From Candidatus Iainarchaeum sp. (GTDB taxonomy: Archaea > Iainarchaeota > Iainarchaeia > Iainarchaeales > UBA10191), in the NCBI GenBank assembly GCA_030649735.1, contig JAUSFL010000044.1, positions 1-64,000 of the forward strand: a DNA stretch of 64,000 nt. The letters run 5' to 3'. Each line of letters opens with the position of its first letter. Position 1 is the first letter of the stretch. Under the pieces are notes generated by a model. The model did no database searches and was not told the origin of the DNA. It was given only the letters and a program-made list of their open reading frames with translations. Below are positions 29,674-39,597 of this stretch, one piece after another. The translations under genes and the position numbers were made by a program.

Positions 29674-29865
29674 ATGCTAAGGCTTTTGAAAATTCCTGAA
29701 AACGAGGCTAAGAGAGTGAAATGGTCGGCAAGGTATAGGCGCTTGCTATTTATTCACAGAAACGAGAAATTTGGGGATTTGAGGCTTTTCTTGAAGCAAA
29801 CCCAGCTTGTTTTAGAAGCTACTGCCGCAGTGCAAATTCAGTCTTCAAGAAAGCCAAGCCTTTAG
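29674..29865 (+). CDS. Small hypothetical protein
   Basis: ATG about 25 nt after TTTATAAA. Confidence 0.4.
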   Translation: MLRLLKIPENEAKRVKWSARYRRLLFIHRNEKFGDLRLFLKQTQLVLEATAAVQIQSSRKPSL

Positions 29866-29888
29866 CATTATCTTTACAGGCGGCTTTT

Positions 29889-30302
29889 GTGAGAATTTAC
29901 CTGGATTCTAACGTGCTGATTTCTTTAATTAAGGAAGAAATTAACAGCCAGCTTAGGGCATTGTTCATTGAGGCTGAAAGATTTTTCAGGAATGCCAAAG
30001 CAAAAGGCCACACATTAGTTATTTCAGAATTTTTCTTAATGGAGGTTGGAAAAATCTGCAAAATAAGCAGGGCGCAGATCATCGAATATTTTGAAATGAT
30101 GGAAGTAAAAACAGAAATTGCTTGCCTTAATGAAAAGATTATTCGGGAAATGGCTCAAAGAATAAGACTGCACTATCCAGGCAATTTTCACGCTGCAATT
30201 GCACTGGCAAACAAATGTGATTGCATTGTAACATTCAATGGCAGGGATTTTGAAGCAATTAAATGCAAGATTCAAGTCTTGGAACCTTTAGATTTGGCTT
30301 GA
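29889..30302 (+). CDS. PIN-domain (VapC-like) protein
   Basis: IYLDSNVLIS...EV...HAAIALANKCDCIVTFNGRDF. Confidence 0.8.
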   Translation: MRIYLDSNVLISLIKEEINSQLRALFIEAERFFRNAKAKGHTLVISEFFLMEVGKICKISRAQIIEYFEMMEVKTEIACLNEKIIREMAQRIRLHYPGNFHAAIALANKCDCIVTFNGRDFEAIKCKIQVLEPLDLA

Positions 30303-30574
30303 AGTTCTTTAAGAAATTCATCAGCAATTCCTGCGCGGTCTTTTCTCATTAGTGTTCTGCCGTCATAACCGTTTTTTCTTGCAAGCGCGCGGATCTTTTC
30401 ACTGGCTTCGTGGACTTTCCTGAAATCCTCGTCAAGCATTAAAGTTTCCAGAAGGTTTTTCCTGATTGCATCCTTTAAGAATTCGCTTCGTGAGGAGTAA
30501 AGGCCTGAATTCTTGACAGCATTGTCAATTACCTTAACTAGAGAATCATTAACTTCAACTGAAAGCATTTTCAT
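30272..30574 (-). CDS. Ribbon-helix-helix (CopG-like) protein
   Basis: MLSVEV...IDNAVKNSGLYSSRSEFLKDAIR. Confidence 0.85.
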   Translation of the reverse strand: MKMLSVEVNDSLVKVIDNAVKNSGLYSSRSEFLKDAIRKNLLETLMLDEDFRKVHEASEKIRALARKNGYDGRTLMRKDRAGIADEFLKELQAKSKGSKT

Positions 30575-30641
30575 AAAACCACATTAAAAATGTGTTAGTA
30601 ACAGGTTATTAAGGCTTTCGTGGCTGAAAACAAGAAGAAAA

Positions 30642-32108
30642 TCAATAGCTTTTGCCAAACAATATTTTTCGTTTTGAGGGCTTTCCGCAGCGAATGCATT
30701 TTCCGCTTGAAGGCTTTTGGTTGAATGGAATGCATCTTGTTCCTGCTGTTGTTTCTGCCTTGATGTTGTCTTCGCATTCTCCTGTTTCGCAAAAGTGCGC
30801 CAAAACCATTTTTTTGCCTTCAATGATTTTTTTCAATTCTGCCATTGTTGAAGCTTCCACAATGCTCGAGTCAAGGAAAGCTTTTGCTTTTTTGAAAAGA
30901 GAGCTTTGCATTTCTTCAAGAGATTTTAAGACTTCCTTTTTAACTTCAGGAATTTTTACCGGCTTTTTTTCCCCGGTGTCCCTTCGCACAAGCATTATGC
31001 TTTCTTTTTCCAGGTCTTTTGGGCCTATCTCAATCCTTAATGGAATTCCCTTTAGTTCCCACTCGCCATACTTGAAGCCTGGGGAAAGGTTTTCCCTGTC
31101 GTCAATTATTGGGTTGAATTCTAGAAGTGCTTTTTCAAGCTCGCGGGCTTTTTTAAGGACTTTTTCCTTGGAGTCTGTAAATAAAATCGGCACAATCACT
31201 ATCTTATTGAACGCGATTTTTGGAGGAATCACAAGCCCTTTATTGTCCGAATGAGTCATTATCAAACCGCCAATAAGCCTTGTTGAAAAGCCCCAGCTGT
31301 TTTGCCAGCCAAACTCGAATTCGCCTTTCTTGTTCAGGAATTTTATTCCAAAAGCTTTTGCGAAATTCTGCCCCAAAAAATGCGTTGTTCCCATTTGCAA
31401 TGCCTTTCCGTCAGGCATGAATGCTTCCACAGCATAAGTGTTGACTGCGCCGGGAAATTTTTCCTTTTCAGTTTTGACTCCCAAAATTACGGGAATTGCC
31501 AAGAGCTCTTCGTCAAGCTTTTTGTACTCTTGCAGCATTTCCAAAGCATCTTTTTCTGCCTCTTCGGGTGTTGCAAAAACATTATGGCCTTCCTGCCACA
31601 AGAACTCGCGCGTCCTAAGGAAGAGCTTTGTCATTTTGATTTCCCAACGCACTATGTTGCACCATTGATTAATGCGCAAGGGCAAGTCACGCCAGCTTCT
31701 AATCCATTTTGAATAGGCATCGTACATTATTGTTTCGCTTGTTGGACGGATTGCAAGCCTTTCCACTGTCTCTTGCCTGTCTTTTTCAACCCATGCAACT
31801 TCTGGAGTGAATCCTTCAGCGTGCTCTTGCTCTTTCTTGAAGAATGATTCTGGAATCAATAATGGAAAATAAGCGTTTTTTACTCCGCGGGCTTTAATGA
31901 CTTCGTCAAAGTTTTTTTGGATTGCTTCCCAAATTGCATAACCGTTGGGGCGAATTGTCATGAAGCCATGAACTGGCGCATAATCTGCAAGCTCTGCTTT
32001 TTCGACAATTTGATTGTACCATTCAGAGAAATCCTGCTCTTTAGTGACTGTCAAGCCGGCAGTCTGAGAGCTCTTTTCATTAATTGCCTGCTTTCTTTGC
32101 CCTTGCAT
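30642..32108 (-). CDS. proS: Proline--tRNA ligase (archaeal/eukaryotic type)
   Basis: RPTSET, NQWCNIVRWE, FLRTREFLWQEGH, HFLGQNF, C-terminal Zn domain ending FGKSY. Confidence 0.97.
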   Translation of the reverse strand: MQGQRKQAINEKSSQTAGLTVTKEQDFSEWYNQIVEKAELADYAPVHGFMTIRPNGYAIWEAIQKNFDEVIKARGVKNAYFPLLIPESFFKKEQEHAEGFTPEVAWVEKDRQETVERLAIRPTSETIMYDAYSKWIRSWRDLPLRINQWCNIVRWEIKMTKLFLRTREFLWQEGHNVFATPEEAEKDALEMLQEYKKLDEELLAIPVILGVKTEKEKFPGAVNTYAVEAFMPDGKALQMGTTHFLGQNFAKAFGIKFLNKKGEFEFGWQNSWGFSTRLIGGLIMTHSDNKGLVIPPKIAFNKIVIVPILFTDSKEKVLKKARELEKALLEFNPIIDDRENLSPGFKYGEWELKGIPLRIEIGPKDLEKESIMLVRRDTGEKKPVKIPEVKKEVLKSLEEMQSSLFKKAKAFLDSSIVEASTMAELKKIIEGKKMVLAHFCETGECEDNIKAETTAGTRCIPFNQKPSSGKCIRCGKPSKRKILFGKSY

Positions 32109-32174
32109 TTTTTGAAAACCTTTAGAACAATTACTGCTGATTTTGTTTAAAAAACAACTGCTGCGCGCTGGCTT

Positions 32175-32429
32175 TTATTTGCTTAATTGCTTTTCAGAGC
32201 CGCGCGTGCAATAATACCTGTTGTGCAGCCCGGCTTTTTGCGTTACTGGACAGCCGCCGCAAATGCAGCCGTTTTCTTCTTTTATGCACTTGCTTTTGCC
32301 AATGCTTTCAAAGCAAAAGCCGCCTTTTTCCTTGCATTCAATCCAGGAAGGGCATTGAGGGCAGGCGCATAATGGAATCAGTTCTTTCTTTTGCTTTTCC
32401 ATTGCCTCAAAATCAACCATTTGAAACAC
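32175..32429 (-). CDS. Cys-rich DUF2769-like protein
   Basis: CACPQCPSW...FC..GKSKC...GCICGGCPV...YYC. Confidence 0.75.
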   Translation of the reverse strand: MFQMVDFEAMEKQKKELIPLCACPQCPSWIECKEKGGFCFESIGKSKCIKEENGCICGGCPVTQKAGLHNRYYCTRGSEKQLSK

Positions 32430-32438
32430 CGTACATTT

Positions 32439-33350
32439 TTAATTTTTTGAATTGTCAAAAACCCACTTGTTCGGGCCTTCCTTACGCAGTATTCTTGCGG
32501 AATTCATGACATTTTCAGCCAGTAATTCAACTTCTTCCACATTGCATTCTGAAAGCACTATTGGCTTGTCCTTGCTTGTGGCATTGCAGATTGAAGCCAT
32601 TGCGTAAGAATTTGAGAATGGAGGAAAGCTCATTCCATAATGGTTTAATGTCATAAAAAGGCTTGAAATTGCCATTGACGCCCCTTCCTCATGGCTTGTT
32701 GTAATAATCCCGGCTGTCTTTCCAGTGAATCTTTTCAGCATTCCAGAACCTGGAATTTTACTGTCTGCAGTCAATTCAATGAATTGCATATGCTTTTTGT
32801 TCAATTCCCTGTTTTTCGGGCTTTTTGGGTCTGCTGGAGAAAGGCTTCCGTCAAGGCTAATGCACCTGTCAATGAATGCCGCCATTAGAGTTGAAATTTT
32901 GAAATTGTTAACTGGGGTTGCAAAAATTATTGCGTCAGCCTTCAGGATTTTGTCATAAAGCTTGTTTGACATGTCGTCTCCTTGCGGAGTCCCTTTAGGA
33001 TAGCAAGTGCAGTAAAAGTGGCATTGCGTGTTGACTGTCGAATAGCAGGCCTTGCAGTGCTGTATGCTGAATTTCCGCAATGGAACCAATTCTGTTTTTG
33101 CGCCTAATTTTTCGCATTTTTTCAGGCAGGCTTTCAAAAGCGCTTCTGAACTCGAGCTTTCCTGGGACATGTCGAACTCGTCCCTTGCGCTGCCCGAAAT
33201 TCCCAAAACAGTGATTTTTCCCGTCTTTTTCTTTGCAAGCGCTTTTGCTTCCTTCAATGTCTTGCCTTGCACTTTCTTGAACATTTGCAAAGTTTTGGAA
33301 TCAATCCCTAGCGCAGACATTATTTCAGAGTCAGAATGCCTTGAGACCAT
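32439..33350 (-). CDS. Flavodoxin-family iron-sulfur flavoprotein / NADPH-dependent FMN reductase
   Basis: GISGSAR, HCKACYST...C, ADAIIFATPV; start estimated. Confidence 0.85.
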   Translation of the reverse strand: MVSRHSDSEIMSALGIDSKTLQMFKKVQGKTLKEAKALAKKKTGKITVLGISGSARDEFDMSQESSSSEALLKACLKKCEKLGAKTELVPLRKFSIQHCKACYSTVNTQCHFYCTCYPKGTPQGDDMSNKLYDKILKADAIIFATPVNNFKISTLMAAFIDRCISLDGSLSPADPKSPKNRELNKKHMQFIELTADSKIPGSGMLKRFTGKTAGIITTSHEEGASMAISSLFMTLNHYGMSFPPFSNSYAMASICNATSKDKPIVLSECNVEEVELLAENVMNSARILRKEGPNKWVFDNSKN

Positions 33351-33455
33351 GATTAGCATTAAATGCATAATTTGTTTAAAAAAACAAGCGCAAAAAGCGC
33401 GTTTTTTCGCTTCCCTTCCCGGAAAAAGCACTCAAGCTGAACTGTTTTTATAAAG

Positions 33456-33469
33456 TTAGGTTGACCTAA
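33456..33469. promoter_or_regulatory. DtxR/MntR/SirR-type operator TTAGG-TTGA-CCTAA
   Basis: Palindrome between TATA box TTTATAAA and the ATG of the DtxR-family gene. Confidence 0.8.
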
Positions 33470-33475
33470 TATTTT

Positions 33476-34114
33476 ATGCCATCACGGAATGAGCAAGATT
33501 ATTTGAGATACATTTACGAACTTCAGTCAAAGAACAACCGGGGCGTCAAAGTTGGCGAGATTGCTAAAGAATTGGGAATTTCAAAGCCCAGCGTTTCTGA
33601 AATGCTTTCAAAATTCAAAAAGGCCGGCCTTGTTGAATTCAAGAATTACGGGCCAGTCTCATTGACAAAGCGGGGAATCAGGCAGGCAAGGATTGTCCTT
33701 AGAAAGCACAGAATTCTAGAGGTTTTCTTTGCAAGGCTTTTGGGATTGAAAAAGTCATTTCATGACGAAGCGCATGAGATAGAGCACGCAATTTCTGAAG
33801 TTGCAAGCGACAGGCTTGAAAAGCTTTTGAAAAACCCGAAAGAATGCCCTGACGGGAGGGAAATCCCGGCAAAGCAGGCAAAAGTAATGACATTAAATTC
33901 AGCGCCATTGAACAGGCAATTGCGCGTGCTTTTTTCAAGGATTGAAAGAAAGGAAGAGCAGAGCAGGATTAACGCGTTGGGCCTGGTCCATGGGGAAAAA
34001 ATCAGTGTGACAAAAAGAATTTCCAACGGCCCTTTGATAATCAAGGTTAAAAAAAGCGAGATTGTTCTTGGAAAGAACATTTCATCCCTGATTTTTGTCG
34101 AGGCAGACAAATGA
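33476..34114 (+). CDS. DtxR/MntR-family metal-dependent repressor with FeoA domain
   Basis: EQDYLRYIY, SKPSVSEML, RKHRILE, EAHEIEH, CPDG, C-terminal FeoA. Confidence 0.93.
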   Translation: MPSRNEQDYLRYIYELQSKNNRGVKVGEIAKELGISKPSVSEMLSKFKKAGLVEFKNYGPVSLTKRGIRQARIVLRKHRILEVFFARLLGLKKSFHDEAHEIEHAISEVASDRLEKLLKNPKECPDGREIPAKQAKVMTLNSAPLNRQLRVLFSRIERKEEQSRINALGLVHGEKISVTKRISNGPLIIKVKKSEIVLGKNISSLIFVEADK

Positions 34115-35889
34115 AAGACTGCTGTAAAACAGGCATTAAGCTGAAAGGCGCTGACATTGCGCTTTTGGGAAACCCTAATGTCGGAAAAAGCGCGTTGATA
34201 AACCAATTGACCGGAATTGGCGCTACAGTGTCTAACTATCCTGGAACAACAGTGGAAATACTGGAAGGCGAATGCAATTCAGGAAAAGAAGGAATAGTGA
34301 GAATTGCAGACCTGCCGGGAATATACTCAATCCACGGGTCTTCGGAAGACGAGCTGGTTGCGTGGAATTACATCAAGTCTTCAGAGCCCAAAGCAATAAT
34401 CAACGTGGTTGATGCCACAAAGCTTGAAAGAAACCTTTTTCTCACTTTACAGCTAATTGCATTGAAAAGGCCAATGGTGATAGCGCTTAACTTTAATGAA
34501 GAGGCTGAAGAAAAAGGAATGAAAGTGAATGCAGAAAGGCTTTCTGAAATCCTGGGAGTTCCAGTAGTCAAGATTAATGCAGTCCGCGGACTGCAGGTAA
34601 ACAAGCTTGTGGAAGAGGCAGTAAAACAATCCAAATCCAAAAAGTTGAAGAAGAGGATAATTTCAAGAGAGCAAGGCAACAAAAAAAACCATTCCTTGGC
34701 TTCTTCAATAGCTGAAAAATCAGTGTCAAAAACCCGTGGAAAGAAAACCAGCAATATTAAGGATTACTTGGATTCTTTAACAACAGACCAGTTTAGCGGC
34801 ACAATAATACTTGTCATTATAATGGCACTGCTTTTTGCCGCATTGTTCATTATTGGCAGCGGGCTTTCAGGGATAATTGGAAACGCATTTCAATCATTTG
34901 CAGCGCCATTTCTAAACTCGCTGATCAATCTAGTTCCAAACAAAGTTCTCCAGGAAACATTAAAGTACATGTTTGTTGACGGGATTAACGCAGGCCTGCA
35001 GATAGCAATTCCTTTCGTGCTTGTTTTCTACGCGATAATAGCAGTTCTTGAAGACTGTGGATATCTTCCAAGAATGGCATTCTTGATGGATAAGACAATG
35101 CACAAGCTCGGTCTTCATGGAAAGGCAGTGATTCCAATGATGCTTGGCTTTGGATGCAGTGTTCCGGCAATAATTTCAACAAGAGTGCTTCCAAACCCTA
35201 GGGAAAGACTGTTGACTGCAATACTGATTGTCTTGATTCCCTGCTCTGCAAGAACTGCAGTGATACTTGGAGCCGTGGGCCTTTTTGTAGGCTGGCAGTA
35301 TGCTTTGCTGATTTACGCATTCCTTCTATTGCTCATTTTTGCTTCAGGATTCATTCTTGGAAAAGCATTGCCTGGAGAACAATTAGGGATTATAATGGAA
35401 ATGCCGCCTTACAGGCTTCCAAGAGCAAAGAATGTTTTAATGAAAACCTGGATTAGAGTGAAAGACTTTATAATTTCCGCATTTCCGCTAATTTTCCTGG
35501 GCTCTGGGGTTTTGGGCGGCTTGAAGGCTCTTGGGCTTCTTGAATCAATTCTCGCGCCAGCGCAGCCTTTGATTTCAGGCTGGCTCTTGCTTCCTTCAGT
35601 CGCGGGAATCACGCTGGTTTTTGGAGTGTTAAGGAAAGAGCTTGCCTTGGAAATGCTTGTGGTCCTTGGAGGAAGCGCAAGCCTGCTGGCATTTATGAGC
35701 AGGCTTCAAATATTCGTTTTTGCACTGGTTGTTGCAATTTACATTCCTTGCATTGCCACTGTCGGAGTCTTGAACAGGGAATTTGGGTGGAAAAAAGCCG
35801 CAATTATTTCAGCATCCACAATAAGTCTTGCAATACTCATTGGAGGAATTGCCGCAAGGATTCTTCCAGCCTTTGGACTGCTTTCCTGA
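34111..35889 (+). CDS. feoB: Ferrous iron transporter FeoB
   Basis: GNPNVGKS, NYPGTTVE, DLPGIYS, GFGCSVPA, PCSAR. Confidence 0.95.
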   Translation: MKDCCKTGIKLKGADIALLGNPNVGKSALINQLTGIGATVSNYPGTTVEILEGECNSGKEGIVRIADLPGIYSIHGSSEDELVAWNYIKSSEPKAIINVVDATKLERNLFLTLQLIALKRPMVIALNFNEEAEEKGMKVNAERLSEILGVPVVKINAVRGLQVNKLVEEAVKQSKSKKLKKRIISREQGNKKNHSLASSIAEKSVSKTRGKKTSNIKDYLDSLTTDQFSGTIILVIIMALLFAALFIIGSGLSGIIGNAFQSFAAPFLNSLINLVPNKVLQETLKYMFVDGINAGLQIAIPFVLVFYAIIAVLEDCGYLPRMAFLMDKTMHKLGLHGKAVIPMMLGFGCSVPAIISTRVLPNPRERLLTAILIVLIPCSARTAVILGAVGLFVGWQYALLIYAFLLLLIFASGFILGKALPGEQLGIIMEMPPYRLPRAKNVLMKTWIRVKDFIISAFPLIFLGSGVLGGLKALGLLESILAPAQPLISGWLLLPSVAGITLVFGVLRKELALEMLVVLGGSASLLAFMSRLQIFVFALVVAIYIPCIATVGVLNREFGWKKAAIISASTISLAILIGGIAARILPAFGLLS

Positions 35890-35940
35890 AAAAAAGGATT
35901 AGGCGCTGTTTTTTTAAATCCAAAAACACCTAATTATACC

Positions 35941-37803
35941 ATGCGCTTTGAGCTTGTCGCGGAGTATTTTGAAAAGATTGAGGGCGTGAGCTCTCGCTTG
36001 GAAATGACTGCAATCTTGCAGGAGTTCTTGCATAAGGTTCCTGCAAAAGAAATGAGGCGGGTCATTTACTTGTGCCAGGGAAGGCTTGCGCCTGCTTTTG
36101 AAAACTTGGAGATTGGAATGGGCGAAAAGTTCGTGATGGAAGCCATTGCGAAAACTTCCGGCTTTGAAAGGAAGGAAGTCGAGAAAAAATTCAAGGAACT
36201 CGGCGATTTGGGGCTTGTGGCTGAAGAGTTTGCGAAAAAGAAAAGGCAAAAGGCATTGTACAGCGAAGAGCTTTCTTTGGACAAGGTTTTTGCAAACTTG
36301 AAGAAAATCGCGACTTCTTCAGGAACTGGAAGCCAGGACTTGAAGATTAAATTGCTTTCTGAATTATTGAACAGCTCAAATTCTTTAGAGGCAAAGTTCA
36401 TCACGCGCGTTCCAATTGGGAACTTGCGCTTGGGAGTCGGAGATCCCACAATAATGGACGCTTTTGCGTTAATGCTTTCTAAGGAATTCCGCAAGGAAAA
36501 CCTAAAAGTTGTTGAAGAATTGGAGAAAGAGTTAAAAGAAAAAAAAGAGGAAAAGCGAAGCGAAGAGTTGGACAGGAAAGTAAAAGTGAAAATCCGCGAG
36601 CTGATTGAGGAAAAATACAACATTCACTCTGACCTTGGAAGCATTGCTGAAATCCTGAAAGAGCACGGGTTGAAGGGGCTGGAAAAGATTGAAATCACTC
36701 CGGGAATTCCATTGCGTCCGACTTTGGCTGAAAGGCTTTCAAGCGCCGAAGAAATAATTGAAAAGCTCGGAAAGTGCGCTGTGGAAGCAAAGTATGACGG
36801 CTTTAGATTGCAAATCCACAAGAAAGGAAATGAAGTGCATATTTTCAGCAGGCATTCTGAAAACATGACTGAAATGTTTCCGGACATTGTGAAAGCAGTC
36901 AGGGAAGAAATAAAGGCAAAGGACGCTATTTTTGAAGGAGAAGCCCTGGCTTACAATGAAACTGCTGAAGAATTTTATTCATTCCAGGTTACAATCCAGC
37001 GCAAGAGAAAATACGACATTCAGGAAAAAAGCCTGGAATTTCCCTTGCGCTTGTTCTGCTTTGACCTAATGTTCCTTAATGGAAAAGACCTGATGCCATT
37101 GCCTTTCAAGGAAAGAAGGGAAAAGCTTGAGGAAGTCATTGGAAAGGGAAAAATTGTTGAATTGACAAAAAGCATCATTACTGACTCTGCAAAAGAGCTG
37201 GAAAAATTCTTTGAACAGAATGTTTCCGCGGGCCTTGAAGGAATCATTGCAAAAGACTTGAACGCGAAGTACATTGCGGGCGCGAGAAAGTTTGCGTGGA
37301 TAAAGCTCAAGCGCTCGTACAAGGGAGAATTGCAGGACTCCCTGGACTGCGTGATTTTAGGATATTTTAAAGGCCGCGGGCAAAGGACAGAGTTTGGCCT
37401 CGGAGCTTTATTGACTGGAGTTTATGACGAGGCAAAAGACGAGTTTGCGACAATTGCAAAAGTGGGCACTGGAATGAGCGAGGACAAAATGGTAGAGCTT
37501 GAAAAAATGCTTTCAAAAATAAAGGAAAGGAAAAAGCCCGCGAGGGTTTTCAGCAACTTGGAGCCTGATGTTTGGGTAACGCCAATTCACGTGATTGAAA
37601 TTCGCGCTGACGAAATCACAAAAAGCCCAGTGCACTCTTGCTCTTGGAATGGAAGTGAAGGCCTTGCTTTAAGGTTTCCGCGGCTTATTAGCATGCGAAG
37701 CGACAAGAAAGCGGAAGAGTGCTCTAGTGTTAAAGAAGTGAAGAAAATGTTTGAAAGCCAGAAAAAGCAAAAGACTTCATTTGGGGAAGGCGAGGAAAAA
37801 TGA
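35941..37803 (+). CDS. lig: ATP-dependent DNA ligase
   Basis: KYDG, FSR, EGE, FDL, EGIIAK, WIKLK, LRFPR. Confidence 0.97.
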   Translation: MRFELVAEYFEKIEGVSSRLEMTAILQEFLHKVPAKEMRRVIYLCQGRLAPAFENLEIGMGEKFVMEAIAKTSGFERKEVEKKFKELGDLGLVAEEFAKKKRQKALYSEELSLDKVFANLKKIATSSGTGSQDLKIKLLSELLNSSNSLEAKFITRVPIGNLRLGVGDPTIMDAFALMLSKEFRKENLKVVEELEKELKEKKEEKRSEELDRKVKVKIRELIEEKYNIHSDLGSIAEILKEHGLKGLEKIEITPGIPLRPTLAERLSSAEEIIEKLGKCAVEAKYDGFRLQIHKKGNEVHIFSRHSENMTEMFPDIVKAVREEIKAKDAIFEGEALAYNETAEEFYSFQVTIQRKRKYDIQEKSLEFPLRLFCFDLMFLNGKDLMPLPFKERREKLEEVIGKGKIVELTKSIITDSAKELEKFFEQNVSAGLEGIIAKDLNAKYIAGARKFAWIKLKRSYKGELQDSLDCVILGYFKGRGQRTEFGLGALLTGVYDEAKDEFATIAKVGTGMSEDKMVELEKMLSKIKERKKPARVFSNLEPDVWVTPIHVIEIRADEITKSPVHSCSWNGSEGLALRFPRLISMRSDKKAEECSSVKEVKKMFESQKKQKTSFGEGEEK

Positions 37804-38057
37804 AGGGCGGAAAGGCATTGGGCTTTGGCGCCAAAGTGATTGTTTTCCTCGCTGCTTTTGCAGTGGTAATAGTGTTCAATGCTTTCATTAGCCCGGAAAT
37901 TTCCTCAAATGCTAGATTCTGGTTCAGGACAGGGGATTACTTCAGCTTAATAATTGTCTTGGCCGAGACTTTCATCCTAGGCTCAATTTTCAGGGCATTG
38001 CTGATGTGGGCTTTCAAGATGCAGTTTGAAAGGAAAGAATTGAGGCGGTCAAAGTGA
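37800..38057 (+). CDS. Small two-TM membrane protein
   Basis: Hydrophobic segments, ATGA overlap with lig. Confidence 0.6.
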   Translation: MKGGKALGFGAKVIVFLAAFAVVIVFNAFISPEISSNARFWFRTGDYFSLIIVLAETFILGSIFRALLMWAFKMQFERKELRRSK

Positions 38058-39046
38058 GCGAGGGAAGCGGGGTTTTCGGCATCTTGATTGCGGCAATTGC
38101 TTTCATAATAGTTCTTTTTTTGGCTTACACTTACTTCCTGCCATTCCTTAATCCCCCAATAGACTTGAGCAAGGAAGTTAAAAACGGCTTTGCGATTTCA
38201 CAGGCAAATGAAGGAAAAGTTTCTGAGGAAAAAAAGCTTTTCTTGAAGGCAAGCCAGTCAATTAACGCGAAAAACTTTGACGATTCTTCAACAATTGCCG
38301 TGCTTGAATGCAACAATCCTGCAATTTGCTGCATTGATGAGGAAAACTGCAGCAGTGCATTAAGCATTAACACTGCATTCAGGGGCATTTTTGTGAAAAA
38401 AGACATTCTGACAAGCGTTTTTTACCGCTGCATGTTCGATCGCAAGGCTTTTGTCTGCAAGGCATTTTTTGGAGTCAAGCCAGCGCAAGTTGAAATTAAA
38501 AGCCTGAAAGTTCCCGCAACAATTGACCTGGGCAAAAACAACGCTTTGGATTTAGAAATTAACATTCAAAATTCGGGCGCTCTTCCAAACAATGAGACAA
38601 TGACTGCAATAGTGAAAGTTTTCAATGCTTCAGATACCAATCCTTCAAAAGAGCCATTGCTTGAGGCAAGCCAGGAAATCGGGAAATTGCAGGCTGGAGA
38701 ATCCAAAACCCAAAAAATGCAATTGCTGCTTTCAAGCCCTGGAAAGCTTGAAGTAAGAGTGAGTGTTTCTGGAGAGAATTCAGGAAGCGATTTGAAAAAA
38801 GCGATTGTTCAGGCTTCCGGAATTCCTGCAACAGGCTGTGCTGCTTTAGGCAGGCAGGCTCCAGAATTTTATTCAAGCAGCGGAAGCATTGAAGAACTGA
38901 AGGGAAAATGCGTTTCAAAGGCATTGTGCGGCAGTTGCAGTACTTCTTTTGAATGCAGGCAGGCCTGGCTTTCAAGGGAAGCAGTTGTTGTTTCAGCAAA
39001 CAGCGATTACGCATACGTTGTATTGCAAGACAGCCAGTGCCAATAG
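38054..39046 (+). CDS. Membrane-anchored Cys-rich surface protein with CARDB-like domain
   Basis: N-terminal TM, IQNSG...LQAGESK pattern, many Cys. Confidence 0.65.
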   Translation: MSEGSGVFGILIAAIAFIIVLFLAYTYFLPFLNPPIDLSKEVKNGFAISQANEGKVSEEKKLFLKASQSINAKNFDDSSTIAVLECNNPAICCIDEENCSSALSINTAFRGIFVKKDILTSVFYRCMFDRKAFVCKAFFGVKPAQVEIKSLKVPATIDLGKNNALDLEINIQNSGALPNNETMTAIVKVFNASDTNPSKEPLLEASQEIGKLQAGESKTQKMQLLLSSPGKLEVRVSVSGENSGSDLKKAIVQASGIPATGCAALGRQAPEFYSSSGSIEELKGKCVSKALCGSCSTSFECRQAWLSREAVVVSANSDYAYVVLQDSQCQ

Positions 39047-39107
39047 GCAAATGACGAAAGCAATTAGCTTATATAATTTACGCCTAAGTCTTAGGTAAAG
39101 TGATTTC

Positions 39108-39533
39108 ATGATTGACTGGCAGCAATTTGACAAGGGAATTTTTCTCGTTAATGTTCTGGGAATAATCTATGACAAGAAGTCAAAGAAAATCCTGATTGGA
39201 AAGAGGGAAAACGACCCTTTCACCAAGGAATTGGCCTGGTGCTTTCCTGGCGGAAGGCCGGCTTATGGAAAAAGCACTGGGGAAAGCCTTGTTGAAGAAG
39301 TCAGGAAAAAGACCGGCATTGAAGTGAAAGTGAAAAAGATTGTTTTCGCAAGGCCGTTTCCTGAAAAAAGGGAATTCTTGCTGCTTTATTATTACTGCGA
39401 ATTCCGAAAAGGAACCGCAAAAGCGGGCGATAAAATCACAGAATTAAAATGGGTCAGGCCTTCAGAAGTCAAAAAATACTTCACTACTTCAATAGCCGAT
39501 GAAGTGCTTGATTTCTTGCAGAAATTAAAGTAA
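39108..39533 (+). CDS. NUDIX-fold hydrolase (degenerate Nudix box)
   Basis: WCFPGGRPAYGKSTGESLVEEVRKKTG. Confidence 0.8.
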   Translation: MIDWQQFDKGIFLVNVLGIIYDKKSKKILIGKRENDPFTKELAWCFPGGRPAYGKSTGESLVEEVRKKTGIEVKVKKIVFARPFPEKREFLLLYYYCEFRKGTAKAGDKITELKWVRPSEVKKYFTTSIADEVLDFLQKLK

Positions 39534-39597
39534 AATCGCGCTGCAGAATGCAATGCATATAAAAAGCATTTTCACTCTAGTCTAATTACTGAAGCTT

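Noticed and set aside
33455-33469. GTTAGG as another copy of the 13-mer
   Set aside because: It is half of the palindromic DtxR-type operator and lacks CACTAC
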